Shown piece by piece: positions 46,153 to 57,100 of a stretch of 64,000 bases of DNA; within the stretch, counting starts at the first letter, position 1, and each line of letters opens with the position of its first letter. The DNA is from Microvirga sp. (lineage in GTDB: Bacteria; Pseudomonadota; Alphaproteobacteria; Rhizobiales; Beijerinckiaceae): positions 73,875-137,874 of the forward strand of contig JBOZRS010000045.1 in assembly GCA_050789065.1 (NCBI GenBank), in the 5' to 3' direction. The position numbers were made by a program, and so were the translations under genes. The notes below the pieces were generated by a model. It was not told the origin of the DNA, searched no databases, and saw only the letters and a list, made by a program, of their open reading frames with translations.

Positions 46153-46345
46153 TGCTAAAGCCCGGAGAGTGAGCCCGGCCTGACCTTCGGAGCCACCTTT
46201 CTTCGGCGGACCGGAGTGATCGCCTTTGCGCCCGCTCCATGGGCCACACGCCGTTGCTGGCTTCGTTTGAGAGGACTTGAATGCCTGGCAAAGCCCCGAG
46301 CGATTGGCGCTTCAGCCAAATGTCTCACTTTGCCCTGGCACACCC

Positions 46346-47200
46346 TCAACGTTCATTCTCCGGGTAGTCCGCGCCACGGCTCGTCTCGGCCCAGGCCTCG
46401 ACCTCGGCAAGGGTCTCCTTCAGCTTGTTGCTGATTCCTTCGAGCGCAACGGATCCCAGGACCAGGTGCATGGGCGGATTTTCTGCCTGAACAGCCGTAA
46501 TGATGGCTTCGGCAGCCCGGACCGGGTCCCCGGGCTGCTTGCCGCTGTAGCCGGCGGTCGTTTCGAGCCGGGCGCCGACCGTGCTTTGGTAATCGCTTAT
46601 GGTCGGGGGTCTCTGCTGCAGGGAGCGGCCGGCCCAATCGGTGCGAAATGGCCCCGGCTCCACCCACATGACCTTGATGCCAAGCGGAGCGACTTCCTTG
46701 GATAGGGCGTCGGACAGTCCCTCGACCGCATGTTTGGTGGCCGCATAATAGCCCGAGCCTGCGAAGCCGATAAAACCAGCCTGCGACGACAGATTGACGA
46801 TGAAGCCCCGCCGCCGCGCCCGCATGCCTGGCAACACAGCCCGCGTCATGGCCGCAAGACCGAACACGTTGGTTTCGAACTGGGCTCGGATTTCGGAATC
46901 GACTCCCTCCTCGATGGAGGACTGATAGCCGTACCCCGCGTTGTTCACGAGCACGTCGATGGCCCCGAAGCGATCCTCGGCCTGCTGCACGGCAGCCCTG
47001 ATCTGATCGCTGCGGGTCACATCGAGGGGCAGGGCAAGCGCACGGTCTTCGTGTCCGGAGACGAGATCTTGTACACGGGCCACATCGCGGGCCGTCACGA
47101 CGGCGCGCCAGCCCCGGCGAAGCACCAGTTGAGCAAGCTCGCGGCCGAAGCCTGTGGAGCAGCCCGTGATGAACCAGACCGGATTTGCACTCAATGCCAT
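46346..47200 (-). CDS. Short-chain dehydrogenase/reductase (SDR) family oxidoreductase
   Basis: VWFITGCSTGFGRELA (TGxxxGxG), NNAG, YxxxK (YYATKHA). Start at ATG 47200. Confidence 0.88.
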   Translation of the reverse strand: MALSANPVWFITGCSTGFGRELAQLVLRRGWRAVVTARDVARVQDLVSGHEDRALALPLDVTRSDQIRAAVQQAEDRFGAIDVLVNNAGYGYQSSIEEGVDSEIRAQFETNVFGLAAMTRAVLPGMRARRRGFIVNLSSQAGFIGFAGSGYYAATKHAVEGLSDALSKEVAPLGIKVMWVEPGPFRTDWAGRSLQQRPPTISDYQSTVGARLETTAGYSGKQPGDPVRAAEAIITAVQAENPPMHLVLGSVALEGISNKLKETLAEVEAWAETSRGADYPENER

Positions 47201-47234
47201 CTCGCGACTCCTTTTCGTATTCTGTCGGTATGTG

Positions 47235-48185
47235 TCAGTCCTGAACTCGAAGGATGATCTTTCCTGTGCCGTGGCCCGAATCCAGCCGCTCATGAGCCTT
47301 GGCCACCTCCTCGAGCGGCAGGACCGCATCGACGATGACCCTTGCCTGACCGCGCTCGAACAGCGGTGTCATCTCGCAGAGGCGCTTGCCTTCCCGTGTC
47401 AGGAATGTGCCGAATAGCGTCTGGTTCTTGGTATACAGAGAACTCAGGTCGCCACTCGGGGGCAGAATGGTAGCGATCCGGCCGAAGGGGCGTGTCACCA
47501 GGGTGCTCATCGATACGTTGCCGCCGGCCGTGTCGAAAGAGGCATCGACCCCCTGTCCGGCGGTCTCTCGCAGGATCTGGTCGGCTGCATTGGGATTCCG
47601 GTAGTCGACGGCGATATCCGCGCCGAGGTCCTTGAGAACCGCTTGGTTGGCTTGGCTTGCCGTTGCAATGACACGCGCGCCAGCGACCTTGGCGAACTGG
47701 ATTGCAAACGAGCCGACGCCACCTGCTCCACCATGGATGAGGATCGTCTCGCCTGGCCTGACAGCGAGGCGCCGCACGACAGCTTCCCAGGCTGTTCCCC
47801 CGGCAAGTGGGATTCCGGCCGCCTCGATGTGGGTGAGAACCTTCGGCTTACGGGCAACGATCCGCGCAGACGCGATCGTGTATTCCGCATAGCTCCCGAG
47901 CGGGTTGCCAAAGATCTCCGGCGTATAGAACACCTCGTCTCCCACTTGGAATTCGGTTACTCCCGGCCCTACTGCCTCGATGACGCCGGACACGTCATAG
48001 CCGAGCACGGCCGGGAAGGGGATCTGCGCCCACGTGCCGGCTTGGCGGATCTTCGCATCGACAGGGTTGGTTCCCGAGGCGACGACACGCACGAGCACCT
48101 CGCCTGGGCCGGGTTCTGGACGTTCGATGTCCAGGCATTCGAACACGTCCGGGCCGCCGAACCTCGTGATCACCATCGCGCGCAT
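47235..48185 (-). CDS. NADPH:quinone oxidoreductase / zinc-type alcohol dehydrogenase family protein
   Basis: MRAMVITRFGGPDVFECLDIERPEPGPGEVLVRVVASGTNPVD plus the GGAGGVG nucleotide motif. Confidence 0.88.
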   Translation of the reverse strand: MRAMVITRFGGPDVFECLDIERPEPGPGEVLVRVVASGTNPVDAKIRQAGTWAQIPFPAVLGYDVSGVIEAVGPGVTEFQVGDEVFYTPEIFGNPLGSYAEYTIASARIVARKPKVLTHIEAAGIPLAGGTAWEAVVRRLAVRPGETILIHGGAGGVGSFAIQFAKVAGARVIATASQANQAVLKDLGADIAVDYRNPNAADQILRETAGQGVDASFDTAGGNVSMSTLVTRPFGRIATILPPSGDLSSLYTKNQTLFGTFLTREGKRLCEMTPLFERGQARVIVDAVLPLEEVAKAHERLDSGHGTGKIILRVQD

Positions 48186-48391
48186 GCTGTTCACTCCGCT
48201 GAATGCGTGCATGTGGGGCAATGGGGCGACGGTTCAAGAATCCTCCCGGTCTCATGTGCGGTCCAGCTTCAAGAACCAACTTCGGTCCCGAACGTTGATC
48301 TGTCTCAGGTATTTCCGCCGTGCCATGAAAATGGCCCCAATTCGAACCTGGGTACTGGTACGGTTGTTTGCTCCGAGGCGAGGCCCCGACC

Positions 48392-49837
48392 ATGGACGAG
48401 AATACCCAATCACCGGAGCGCGATCAGTCGCACGCACGCGAGCCGTCGAACCAACCCGGAGACAGGCCTCGTCTGGCCACGACAGACCCGTCCACCGGAG
48501 AGCCTGGACGAACCTATGAGGGACTAACCCGAGACGAGGCCGTTGCAATCGTCGGGATGGCCCGGAAGGCGTTCGAGGATTGGCGCCGCACATCCTTCGC
48601 GCACCGCGCTCAGCTCATGAAAAGGGCGGCGGAGGTTCTCCGGAACCGAAAAGATGAGCTTGCCGAGATCATGACAAGCGAAATGGGAAAGACCCGCAAG
48701 GAGGGGCTGGCGGAGATCGAGAAATGCGCCTTCAACTGCGATCACTTCGCCGAGAATGCAGAACGTTATCTCGCCCGCGAGCCGGTTGATCTTGGAGGCC
48801 CCAAGACGTTCGTCACCTACAATCCGCTCGGGGTCGTGCTCGCGGTCATGCCTTGGAACTTCCCATTCTGGCAGGTCTTCCGCTTCGCAGCGCCGGCCTT
48901 GATGGCTGGCAATGCGGCGGTGCTGAAGCATGCCAGCAATGTACCCGGCTGTGCGCTCGCCATCGAGAGTATCTTCCGCGAGGCCGGCTTTCCGGATAAT
49001 CTCTTTCGCACTCTCCTGATCCCTAGCCAGGATGTCCGACCCTTGATCGAGGACCCTGCCATCGCAGCGGTCACCTTGACAGGCAGTGTCGCGGCAGGCC
49101 GCCAGGTCGCCAGCGCCGCCGGCGGCGTGCTCAAGAAGAGCGTGCTCGAGCTTGGCGGATCGGATGCCTATCTCATCCTGGAGGATGCCGATATTGCCAA
49201 AGCTGCTCAGGTTTGCGCCTCGGCACGAATGGTCAATGCAGGACAGAGCTGCATCGCAGGAAAACGCTTCATCGTCGTCTCTGCCGTGCGCGAAGCGTTC
49301 GAACAGGCTTTCGTCGAGGCGATGCGCGGTTATGCGATGGGCGATCCACGAGACGAGGCGACCAAACTTGGCCCCTTGCAGAGCGTTCAGGCGCGGGATG
49401 AAATCCACAAACAGGTCGAGGAAAGCATCGCGAAGGGTGCGCGCCTTATCCTGGGCGGCGTTGTGCCCGATCGACCCGGCGCTTGGTATCCGGCCACGGT
49501 GCTCGCTGGCGTGCGGTCTGGAATGCCGGCATATGACGAAGAGGTATTCGGGCCAGTGGCCGCTATCATCGAGGCGACGGACGAGAGCGAGGCCGTCCGC
49601 ATCGCCAACGCTTCTCCCTTCGGGCTCGGCTCTGGCGTGCTCACGCGCGATCTGACCCAAGGTGAGCGGATTGCTGCCGAAGAGCTTGAGGCGGGAATGA
49701 GCTTCGTCAATGCGAACGTCCGCTCGGACCCTCGCATGCCTTTCGGCGGGATCAAGGAATCCGGCTATGGTCGCGAGTGCTCATACTTCGGCATTCGCGA
49801 GTTCACGAACATCAAGACCGTGCTTGTCGAGGGTTAA
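48392..49837 (+). CDS. NAD(P)-dependent aldehyde dehydrogenase (succinate-semialdehyde dehydrogenase-like)
   Basis: ALDH motifs FPFWQV, ELGGSDA and the catalytic Cys context NAGQSCIAGKR. Has an N-terminal low-complexity extension of about 30 aa. Confidence 0.88.
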   Translation: MDENTQSPERDQSHAREPSNQPGDRPRLATTDPSTGEPGRTYEGLTRDEAVAIVGMARKAFEDWRRTSFAHRAQLMKRAAEVLRNRKDELAEIMTSEMGKTRKEGLAEIEKCAFNCDHFAENAERYLAREPVDLGGPKTFVTYNPLGVVLAVMPWNFPFWQVFRFAAPALMAGNAAVLKHASNVPGCALAIESIFREAGFPDNLFRTLLIPSQDVRPLIEDPAIAAVTLTGSVAAGRQVASAAGGVLKKSVLELGGSDAYLILEDADIAKAAQVCASARMVNAGQSCIAGKRFIVVSAVREAFEQAFVEAMRGYAMGDPRDEATKLGPLQSVQARDEIHKQVEESIAKGARLILGGVVPDRPGAWYPATVLAGVRSGMPAYDEEVFGPVAAIIEATDESEAVRIANASPFGLGSGVLTRDLTQGERIAAEELEAGMSFVNANVRSDPRMPFGGIKESGYGRECSYFGIREFTNIKTVLVEG

Positions 49838-49997
49838 TCTTCATTCTGCCAAACAGCGGTTTCGGAGCACCTGGCCATTACGGGGCAAAGGAGCATGCGA
49901 AGCATGCCGACCTCGCGGTGCCTGCCGCAAAGCCACCATGTCCCGACTTGCAGGTTGGACAAGGAACGGCCTGTATCCACAAACTAGGGTTTAATGC

Positions 49998-50576
49998 CTA
50001 AGGCTGCCTGCGGCCTTCAGTCTGGAGACGGGCAGCGGAACCACCGGCCATGATTCCGGTCGTGAGCGGGTCGAAGCTGGTCAGGCGACCAAAGCCTGCT
50101 TCCGCGCCGTATCCGGTTCCCAGCCCCGTTCCAATTGGATCGACCCCGGTGATGTCAATCCTGGTGTTGCTGATCCCCTCCGCCGAGACGAGATTGAACA
50201 GAGTGCTGGCGTTCCTCGGCGACAGCCGTACGCATCCATGCGAAGCCGGGGATCCCAGGCGCCCGACGGCCTGACTGCCGTGGATGGCGTGTCCCGCATC
50301 CGTGAAGAAGATGGAATGAGGCATCGGCGCATCATCCCACTCCTTGGAGTAGTGTTCCTTCATCATGCGGGATGGAGTGAATGCGCCAGTAGGCGTGGAG
50401 TAGTCCGCCATGCCGGTCGACACGGGCCAAGAATAACGCTCCTGGCCGTCAACCGTGACCGTCATGCGCTGCGTCGTCTTGTTGACCACAATTGATACCT
50501 CGGCCCCCATGGCGGGAAGCACCAAGCCGACGGCTCCAAGGAGCACAACCACAGAAGAGATCCATCGTTGCATCAT
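49998..50576 (-). CDS. L,D-transpeptidase (YkuD) family protein
   Basis: Signal peptide and catalytic motif HGSQAVGRLGSPASHGCVRLS. Confidence 0.88.
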   Translation of the reverse strand: MMQRWISSVVVLLGAVGLVLPAMGAEVSIVVNKTTQRMTVTVDGQERYSWPVSTGMADYSTPTGAFTPSRMMKEHYSKEWDDAPMPHSIFFTDAGHAIHGSQAVGRLGSPASHGCVRLSPRNASTLFNLVSAEGISNTRIDITGVDPIGTGLGTGYGAEAGFGRLTSFDPLTTGIMAGGSAARLQTEGRRQP

Positions 50577-50859
50577 CCATCCTCCGCTTGCAGTCCAATC
50601 CGATCGGGGGGCTACAAACATGACTTCTGGCAACGGCTAAGGTTCCATGGTCAATCCGGTTCATGGCACCCCATCTTGCGGCATAACAAGGATAGCAGTC
50701 GAGCGGCTGCTTACCCTGTGCCGCGGATGTGCGCGGCGACACACCACCGGCATTTCAACCGGGGTTCGGAGCCCTGCAGACGGTTCAGGGCGCTTCCATC
50801 TCCAAAGCCTGAAGCGTAGAAATCTCCCGGGGGCGTCCTGTCAGGAAGGGGAAGTCACC

Positions 50860-52605
50860 ATGTTGCCTGGCATCCCGGTTCGATCGATCCGTCACGAGAC
50901 TTCCGCGTTCGGGGCCATTATTGCTGGCATCTGTTGTCTTGTCGGAACGGGGTGGGCACAGGATTCTCAGCCCCGCACCGAAGTTGCTCCGTTCCATCAC
51001 GGCCTCCATGCGGCACCCGCCGGAACAGCAACCGCCTATGACGAGGCGCCGCCGCCTCTCTTCCCCGACCTTGGGCGGCACAGTTGGACCATTTCCACCC
51101 AAATTCCGGAGGCACAGGCTTTCTTTGACCAAGGCCTGAGACTGGCATACGGGTTCAATCATGCGGAGACACGTCGCGCGTTCCGGCGGGCACAGCGCCT
51201 GGACTCATCCTGCGCCATGTGCTTCTGGGGCGAGGCCTTCGTTCTTGGCCCCAACATCAATGCGCCCATGGATCCTTCCGCCAATGCGCCGGCACTTGCG
51301 GCAATCGGTCGGGCGCAGGATCTGGCGCACAGGGCGAGCAGCAAGGAGCAAGCTTTGATTGCCGCTCTGTCAAAGCGCTATTCGAACGATCCTTCAGTGC
51401 CGCGGGCAACGCTCGACAAGGCCTGGGCGGATGCGCTTGGCGACGTCTCGAGACAGTTCCTGAACGATATGGAGATTGCCGTCCTTCATGCCGAAGCGAT
51501 GATGAACACTCAGCCTTGGGATTACTGGACCGATGGTGGCAAGCAGCCGAAGGGCTATACCCCCGAGATCGTGGCCGAGCTTGAACGCGCTATGGCCCAG
51601 AACCCCGATCACCCAGGCGCCATTCATTTCTACATCCACGTGGTTGAATCTTCCGACCGGCCAGAACGGGCTGAAGCCGGAGCGGATAGGCTGGCCGCAT
51701 TGATACCAGGCGCCGGGCACATCGTGCATATGCCTAGCCACATCTATTATCGCGTTGGCCGTTATCTGGACGCGCTTACAGCCAACAAGGCTGCCGTGGC
51801 CGCGGACGAGGTCTATATCGCGGCAGTGCAACCAACGAGCTCATATCCGCTCGCATATTATCCGCACAACCTTCACTTCCTGGTCGCCGCCGCGCAGATG
51901 GCGGGTGATCGCCAGACAGCCATCGAGGCGGCAGAAAAGCTCCAGGGCGCCGTATCGGCCGAGGCCGCCCACGCAGTTCCCATGGTGCAACCGGATATGG
52001 CGGCGCCTTACTGGGCACAGGCTGTCTTCGGCACACCGGAAACGGTGCTCGCCCTCACGATTCCCGACAATGCGCCGACTTACGTCAAGACGATGTGGCG
52101 CTATGCGCGCGGTAGCGCTCTTGCGACACAGAACCGTTTTGACGAAGCGGTTGCCGAGATGGTGGCGATCAAGGCTCTCGAGGGGCAGGAGGACCTCGCG
52201 CGAGCCGCCAGCGCCGGAATTCCCGGGCCGGAGGTGCTCAAGATCGCCGTTGAGATACTGACGGGACGGATTGCTCAGGCCCAAGGCGATTCATCTGCCG
52301 CCATCGCAGCGTTCGAGCGTGCCTCAGCGCTGCAGGACGGTCTTGCCTACATGGAGCCGCCATATTGGTACTATCCGGTGCGACAGTCGCTCGGAGCGGC
52401 GTTTCTGGCCGCAGGACGAGCCGATGAGGCCGTGGAGGCTTTCCGTGCGGCCTTGAAGCGAGCGCCCAATAACGGATGGGCACTGTATGGCTTGATGGAA
52501 GCCGCCAAGGCTCGCGGCGATTTGGCTGCCGCTCAGGATGCGGAGGCTCGCCTGACCAAGGTATGGATCGGCGACAGGAGCCTGCTCGATCTGAAGCGTC
52601 TCTGA
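50860..52605 (+). CDS. Periplasmic tetratricopeptide-repeat protein
   Basis: ATG 50860 preceded by GGAAGGGGA. Signal peptide, then repeated TPR-like helices through to the C-terminus. Confidence 0.7.
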   Translation: MLPGIPVRSIRHETSAFGAIIAGICCLVGTGWAQDSQPRTEVAPFHHGLHAAPAGTATAYDEAPPPLFPDLGRHSWTISTQIPEAQAFFDQGLRLAYGFNHAETRRAFRRAQRLDSSCAMCFWGEAFVLGPNINAPMDPSANAPALAAIGRAQDLAHRASSKEQALIAALSKRYSNDPSVPRATLDKAWADALGDVSRQFLNDMEIAVLHAEAMMNTQPWDYWTDGGKQPKGYTPEIVAELERAMAQNPDHPGAIHFYIHVVESSDRPERAEAGADRLAALIPGAGHIVHMPSHIYYRVGRYLDALTANKAAVAADEVYIAAVQPTSSYPLAYYPHNLHFLVAAAQMAGDRQTAIEAAEKLQGAVSAEAAHAVPMVQPDMAAPYWAQAVFGTPETVLALTIPDNAPTYVKTMWRYARGSALATQNRFDEAVAEMVAIKALEGQEDLARAASAGIPGPEVLKIAVEILTGRIAQAQGDSSAAIAAFERASALQDGLAYMEPPYWYYPVRQSLGAAFLAAGRADEAVEAFRAALKRAPNNGWALYGLMEAAKARGDLAAAQDAEARLTKVWIGDRSLLDLKRL

Positions 52606-52655
52606 CAGGCGTCGATGGAATCCGCCGAGACCTGGGGCGATCGGCCTATTCGTGA

Positions 52656-53777
52656 TTATTGGGTGCTGAGATTGTCAACGTTGTAAACCGGGATCGGGCG
52701 ACTTAGCCCCTTGAGCTGAATATCGCCTATTGGTTGCAGATTGGTGTCATCGGCCACCATTGAGGCGATGCGCTGGGTAACGAGGATCTGACTCTCCCGG
52801 GCCTCGGCGCAGAGGCGCGCCGCAACATTCGTCACAGTGCCGATTGCGGCATAATCGAACCGGCCCTCGAAACCGATCCGACCCAGAGTGGCGTAGCCTT
52901 GGGCAATCCCAAAACCGATCCCGATGGAATATCCGCGAAGCTCCCAGTCTCGAACCAGAGAGAGGAAACGAGATCGCATCGCGATAGCCAGCATCACGGC
53001 GCGGGTTGCGGGATCCGAGCATGGGAGGGGATCATTGAAGATGATCATCATGCCGTCTCCCATGAAGCGCTCGAGGGTGCCTTCAGCCTCATGCACAAGA
53101 GGGCCGAGGGCCGCGTGATAGGCATTGATCAGATCCAGAACTTCTTCCGGCTCAGCGACCTCCGCAAAACTGGTGAAACCACGCAGATCGCAGAACAGGG
53201 CGACGATCTCGCGGCGATGGCGCTCGAGGATTTCTGCCTCGCCCCCTTCCGAGATGATGACGTCCGCCAGTTGCGGAGGCAGGAACCGCCGCAACTCCCG
53301 CGCCCGTCCGAGTTCCAGAACCTGCCGCTCGACACGGCTTTCCAGTTCTTTGTTCATGGCGGCCAGTTCGGCCGCCTGCTGCTGGACGATGTCATAGAGG
53401 GACTTGATCCGGAGCAGTGAACGGACTCGGGCTACCAGAGTGGCTTGGTCGAATGGCTTCGTGATGTAGTCGTCCCCTCCGGCGTCGAGACCCGCAACCA
53501 CATCCTCGGTGCTGGACCTCGCAGTCAGGAGAAGTATCGGGATTGTCCGCAGGTCTCCATCGGCCTTGATCCTTCGTGTCACCTCGATCCCATCGATTCC
53601 CGGCATCATCACGTCGAGAAGGATCAGGTCTGGGTGCAGTTGATGGGCCTGTTCGATCGCCTTCCTGCCATTATGGGCAGTCGCGACATCGTATCCCTGG
53701 GCTTTCAGGCGCATCGCGACGATGTCGATGTTCTCCGCGATATCGTCGACAACCAGGATGAGAGGGCGTTCACGCAT
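52656..53777 (-). CDS. Response regulator with class III adenylate/guanylate cyclase output domain
   Basis: Receiver LILVVDDIAEN...LILLDVMMPGIDG, a coiled linker, then the cyclase core VALFCDLRGFTSFAE...GDGMMIIFN...VTNVAARL. Confidence 0.88.
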   Translation of the reverse strand: MRERPLILVVDDIAENIDIVAMRLKAQGYDVATAHNGRKAIEQAHQLHPDLILLDVMMPGIDGIEVTRRIKADGDLRTIPILLLTARSSTEDVVAGLDAGGDDYITKPFDQATLVARVRSLLRIKSLYDIVQQQAAELAAMNKELESRVERQVLELGRARELRRFLPPQLADVIISEGGEAEILERHRREIVALFCDLRGFTSFAEVAEPEEVLDLINAYHAALGPLVHEAEGTLERFMGDGMMIIFNDPLPCSDPATRAVMLAIAMRSRFLSLVRDWELRGYSIGIGFGIAQGYATLGRIGFEGRFDYAAIGTVTNVAARLCAEARESQILVTQRIASMVADDTNLQPIGDIQLKGLSRPIPVYNVDNLSTQ

Positions 53778-53791
53778 CGGGGTTCTACCGG

Positions 53792-54160
53792 TTAGCCCAG
53801 AAACCCGCGAACGGTCGCAAGCAGCTGGCGAGGGCTGAAGGGTTTGGCGATGTATCCATTGCATCCGGCAGACCGCGCCTCCTCCTCGTCTCCAGACAGG
53901 GCATAGGAGGTCACGGCAATGATTGGGATATGACGCAGTGCCGGGTCGGACCGAATCCGGCGGGCGGCCTCATATCCATCGAGGAGGGGCAACTGGATGT
54001 CCATCATGATGAGGTCGGGCCTCATTTCCGCTGCCGATGCAACTGCGGCCAAACCATCGTGGGCCTCCACGACGTCGAACCCCGCGCTCGTGAGAAGGTC
54101 GCGCATGATCCGCCTGTTGTCTTCGGTATCCTCGACGATCAGGACCCGTTTCATGGTCAT
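53792..54160 (-). CDS. Single-domain response regulator (CheY-like)
   Basis: RVLIVEDTEDN...LIMMDIQLPLLDG...IIAVTSYA...KPF. Its ATG overlaps the kinase stop (ATGA). Confidence 0.9.
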   Translation of the reverse strand: MTMKRVLIVEDTEDNRRIMRDLLTSAGFDVVEAHDGLAAVASAAEMRPDLIMMDIQLPLLDGYEAARRIRSDPALRHIPIIAVTSYALSGDEEEARSAGCNGYIAKPFSPRQLLATVRGFLG

Positions 54161-57100
54161 GCCATCTCCCTGCCGGCACCACGCCACTTCAGAGGGAGGT
54201 TTATCGTGAAGGTCGAGCCGGAACCGACCTTGGACTGCACGCTGATCGATCCGCCGTGCATCTCGACAATCCGCTTCGAAATTGCGAGGCCGAGACCCGT
54301 CCCGCCCTGGCCGGGAATGTTCGCGTTGCTGCCCTGCTGAAAGACGTCGAAGATCTTCTCCTGATCCTCTGGTGAAATCCCGATCCCGGTGTCTGTCAGT
54401 GTGATCCGCAGAGATCCAGTGTCGGCATGAGCCACAATTTCGATCCAGCCTTTCTCCGTAAACTTGATGGCATTGCCGATCAGGTTAAGAAGGACCTGCA
54501 TCAGTCGCCTTTCGTCGCCATAGGCCAGCGGCAGTCCCTCGGGTGCGGTCGAACGCAGGTCCAGGCCCTTGATCCTTGCCAGCGGCTCCATGGCCGCGAT
54601 CGCCATATGGATCAACCCTGAAACCGAGTAGGGCTCCTGCCTGATCGCAAGCTCTCCGGCTTCTATTTTGGAGAGGTCAAGGACATCGTTGATGAGGGCC
54701 AGAAGGTGACGGCCATTCGCTTGTATGCGTTCCAGAATGCCGTGCGCCTTATCCGGCAAAGAACCATAAAGACCGTCCATGAGAAGCTCAGTGTAGCCTA
54801 GGACCGCGTTCAACGGCGTTCGCACCTCGTGGCTCATGTTGGCGAGGAACTGGGATTTGGCCCGACTCGCTTCCTCAGCGTGCCGCTTCGCCTCGCGGAG
54901 CGCCTCGTCGCGAGCGTGGCGTTCCGTAATGTCGCGGACGACGCAGATCAGCCCGCCATCCTGAATCATGGTGAGCGAGACATCGTGTGGGAAGGTGCTG
55001 CCATCACGCTTTAGCCCTATGGCTTCCCCACTCCAGCGACCCTCTCGAAACAGCTTCGGCAAGCCCGTCGTTGCAAGACGCTCTTGCTCTTCATCCGTGT
55101 AGAATTGCCGCCAACTTTTCCCTTTCAGTTCGATCAGATCGTCATACCCGAATATCTTCAGATGAGCGGCGTTAAGGTACTCGTAGGTCGCCTCAGGGGT
55201 CAGGATGGCCATGCCGTCCATCGCAGCTTCCATGGCTGCGAGGTGGCGGCGAAGAACCTCCTCGATTCGTTTGAGTTCGGTGATATCGAAGTAGGTGAGC
55301 ATGCGGCCCCCATCGGGAAGCGCGATGCACCGGTATTGTATGATTCGACCGTTGCGCAGGCGCAACTCTCTCGCAGCATCACCCTGGCGTATTTCGGCGA
55401 GCCGCTGCTCCCTGTAGGCCACCCATCCGTCTTCCGGGACGTCATAGACCCCGTTGGCGCGGCTCTGTTCCATGTCCTCGTCGAGATCGCGCAGTCGAGT
55501 GTAGAATTCGGCCGGCATATTCCACAGCTCGCGATAGGCGCGGTTGGCAAGCCGGATGCGGAGACTTGGATCGAGAAACAATACGCCATACTGAATGGTT
55601 TCCAGAACGGCATTGAGGTCCCGAAGCGCTGCCTCGGTCTCCTTTTTGGCGATCTTGAGTTGCTGTTCCCGCCGCTTCAGTTCCGAGATATCATTAAAGG
55701 CGGATAGGAGAGCCGGAACACCTTCATAATCGGCGACGGCGGCATTGATCAGAGCCCAGAACTGATGCCCGTCGGGACGTTGCATCAGCACTTCAACATC
55801 GCTGATGCGACCTTCTTGCGCCAGGGTTTCGACGATGCGACGCCTGTCCTCCGATCTCGCATAGTAGTTGGGCGCAAGGGTTCCCTGCATTTTCTCCGGC
55901 GGAAGTCCTGTGACTTCCGCCGTGCGGGCGTTGGCATAGAGGACCATCCCATCGGAGAGGCGTGTGACGGCAAGCGGGAAGGGGGCCAGTTCAAGGAGCC
56001 GGCGTTGGCGCTGTTCTGCGGCTGCAATGGCTTCGAGGGCTCGTTTCTGCTCGGTTACGTCCAGGAAGGTGAGCATGCGCCCGCCATCGCTGAGCGGCAC
56101 ACAATGGTAGCGGAGGATGCGGCCGCGCGGACTCGTGACCTCCATAGGATCTTCGTCGCATTGCTTCACCCTCTCGATATCGTTCTCCACCATCGCATCA
56201 TGGCAGGCAGATTCAGGACCGCTGGCGTTGCGAATATGCGAAATGATATCTCGGACTGGTGTCCCCGGCACCACCATAACATCGGGTAGTGCCCACATAT
56301 CCTTGTATGCCTGGTTGGCGAGGCGGATCTTAAACTCGGAATCCAAGAAGAGAATGCCGTAGTCGATGGTATCCAGAAGGGCGTTGAGCTCCCTGTGATG
56401 GCTCAGCTCCCGTTCGGCTCGTTCGCGTTCGGATAGCTCGTGAGCCAGCTGCCTGTTGAGCTCGACCAGACTGGCGCTCCTCTCCTTGAGCGCTGTCTCA
56501 CGAGCGTCGACCTGACGAGCCATGGCCGTGAAAGCAGCTGCCAGCTCCCCGAGTTCGTCGTCGCGATGGAGGTCAAGCTGGGTGCCGAACTGCCCTTCCG
56601 CGACGGAGCCCGTCGCCTGGACGAGCTGGCGCAAAGGCATGGCAATCTGGGTCTTGAGGGCGGAACTGAGAATGAAAAGTTCAATCAGCAGAGCCAAGGC
56701 TCCCATGATGAGAACGATCCTTGCCGCCTCCCACGCGCTGGTGGCCGTAAGCGAGAGCGGGAACACAGTCGCCAGAACCCAGCCTGGGCCACTCAGTTTC
56801 GTGAGGGCGAGAATCTCGTCATAGGGATTGTTGCGGATGACGATCTGATCGGATTTCTGCTCAAGCGCAAGCTGATGGATCTGCGCGATATGGGGATCGC
56901 CTGTTTCGACGATCGGCAGAGAGCCGCTGCGCGCCTGAATGGCGTCCATGAAGCGTGGATGGGCAATCAACTCTCCCTTGTCGGAGAAGAGGAGGTTATA
57001 GGTGCCCTTCAGATCCTCGCCGAGCGCACGCCCGAGCAGATCGTGCATGAGGATGTCTTGGCCGACCCGTATCTGCAGGCTGCCGTTGACTGTCGCAGGA

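Noticed and set aside
48325-48352. GGTTCGAAT-like T-loop motif on the minus strand (CCCAGGTTCGAATTGGGG), checked as a possible tRNA.
   Set aside because: No acceptor, D or anticodon arms can be drawn around it. The T-stem needs a shifted loop and a G-U pair, and the upstream part would lie inside the aldehyde dehydrogenase CDS.
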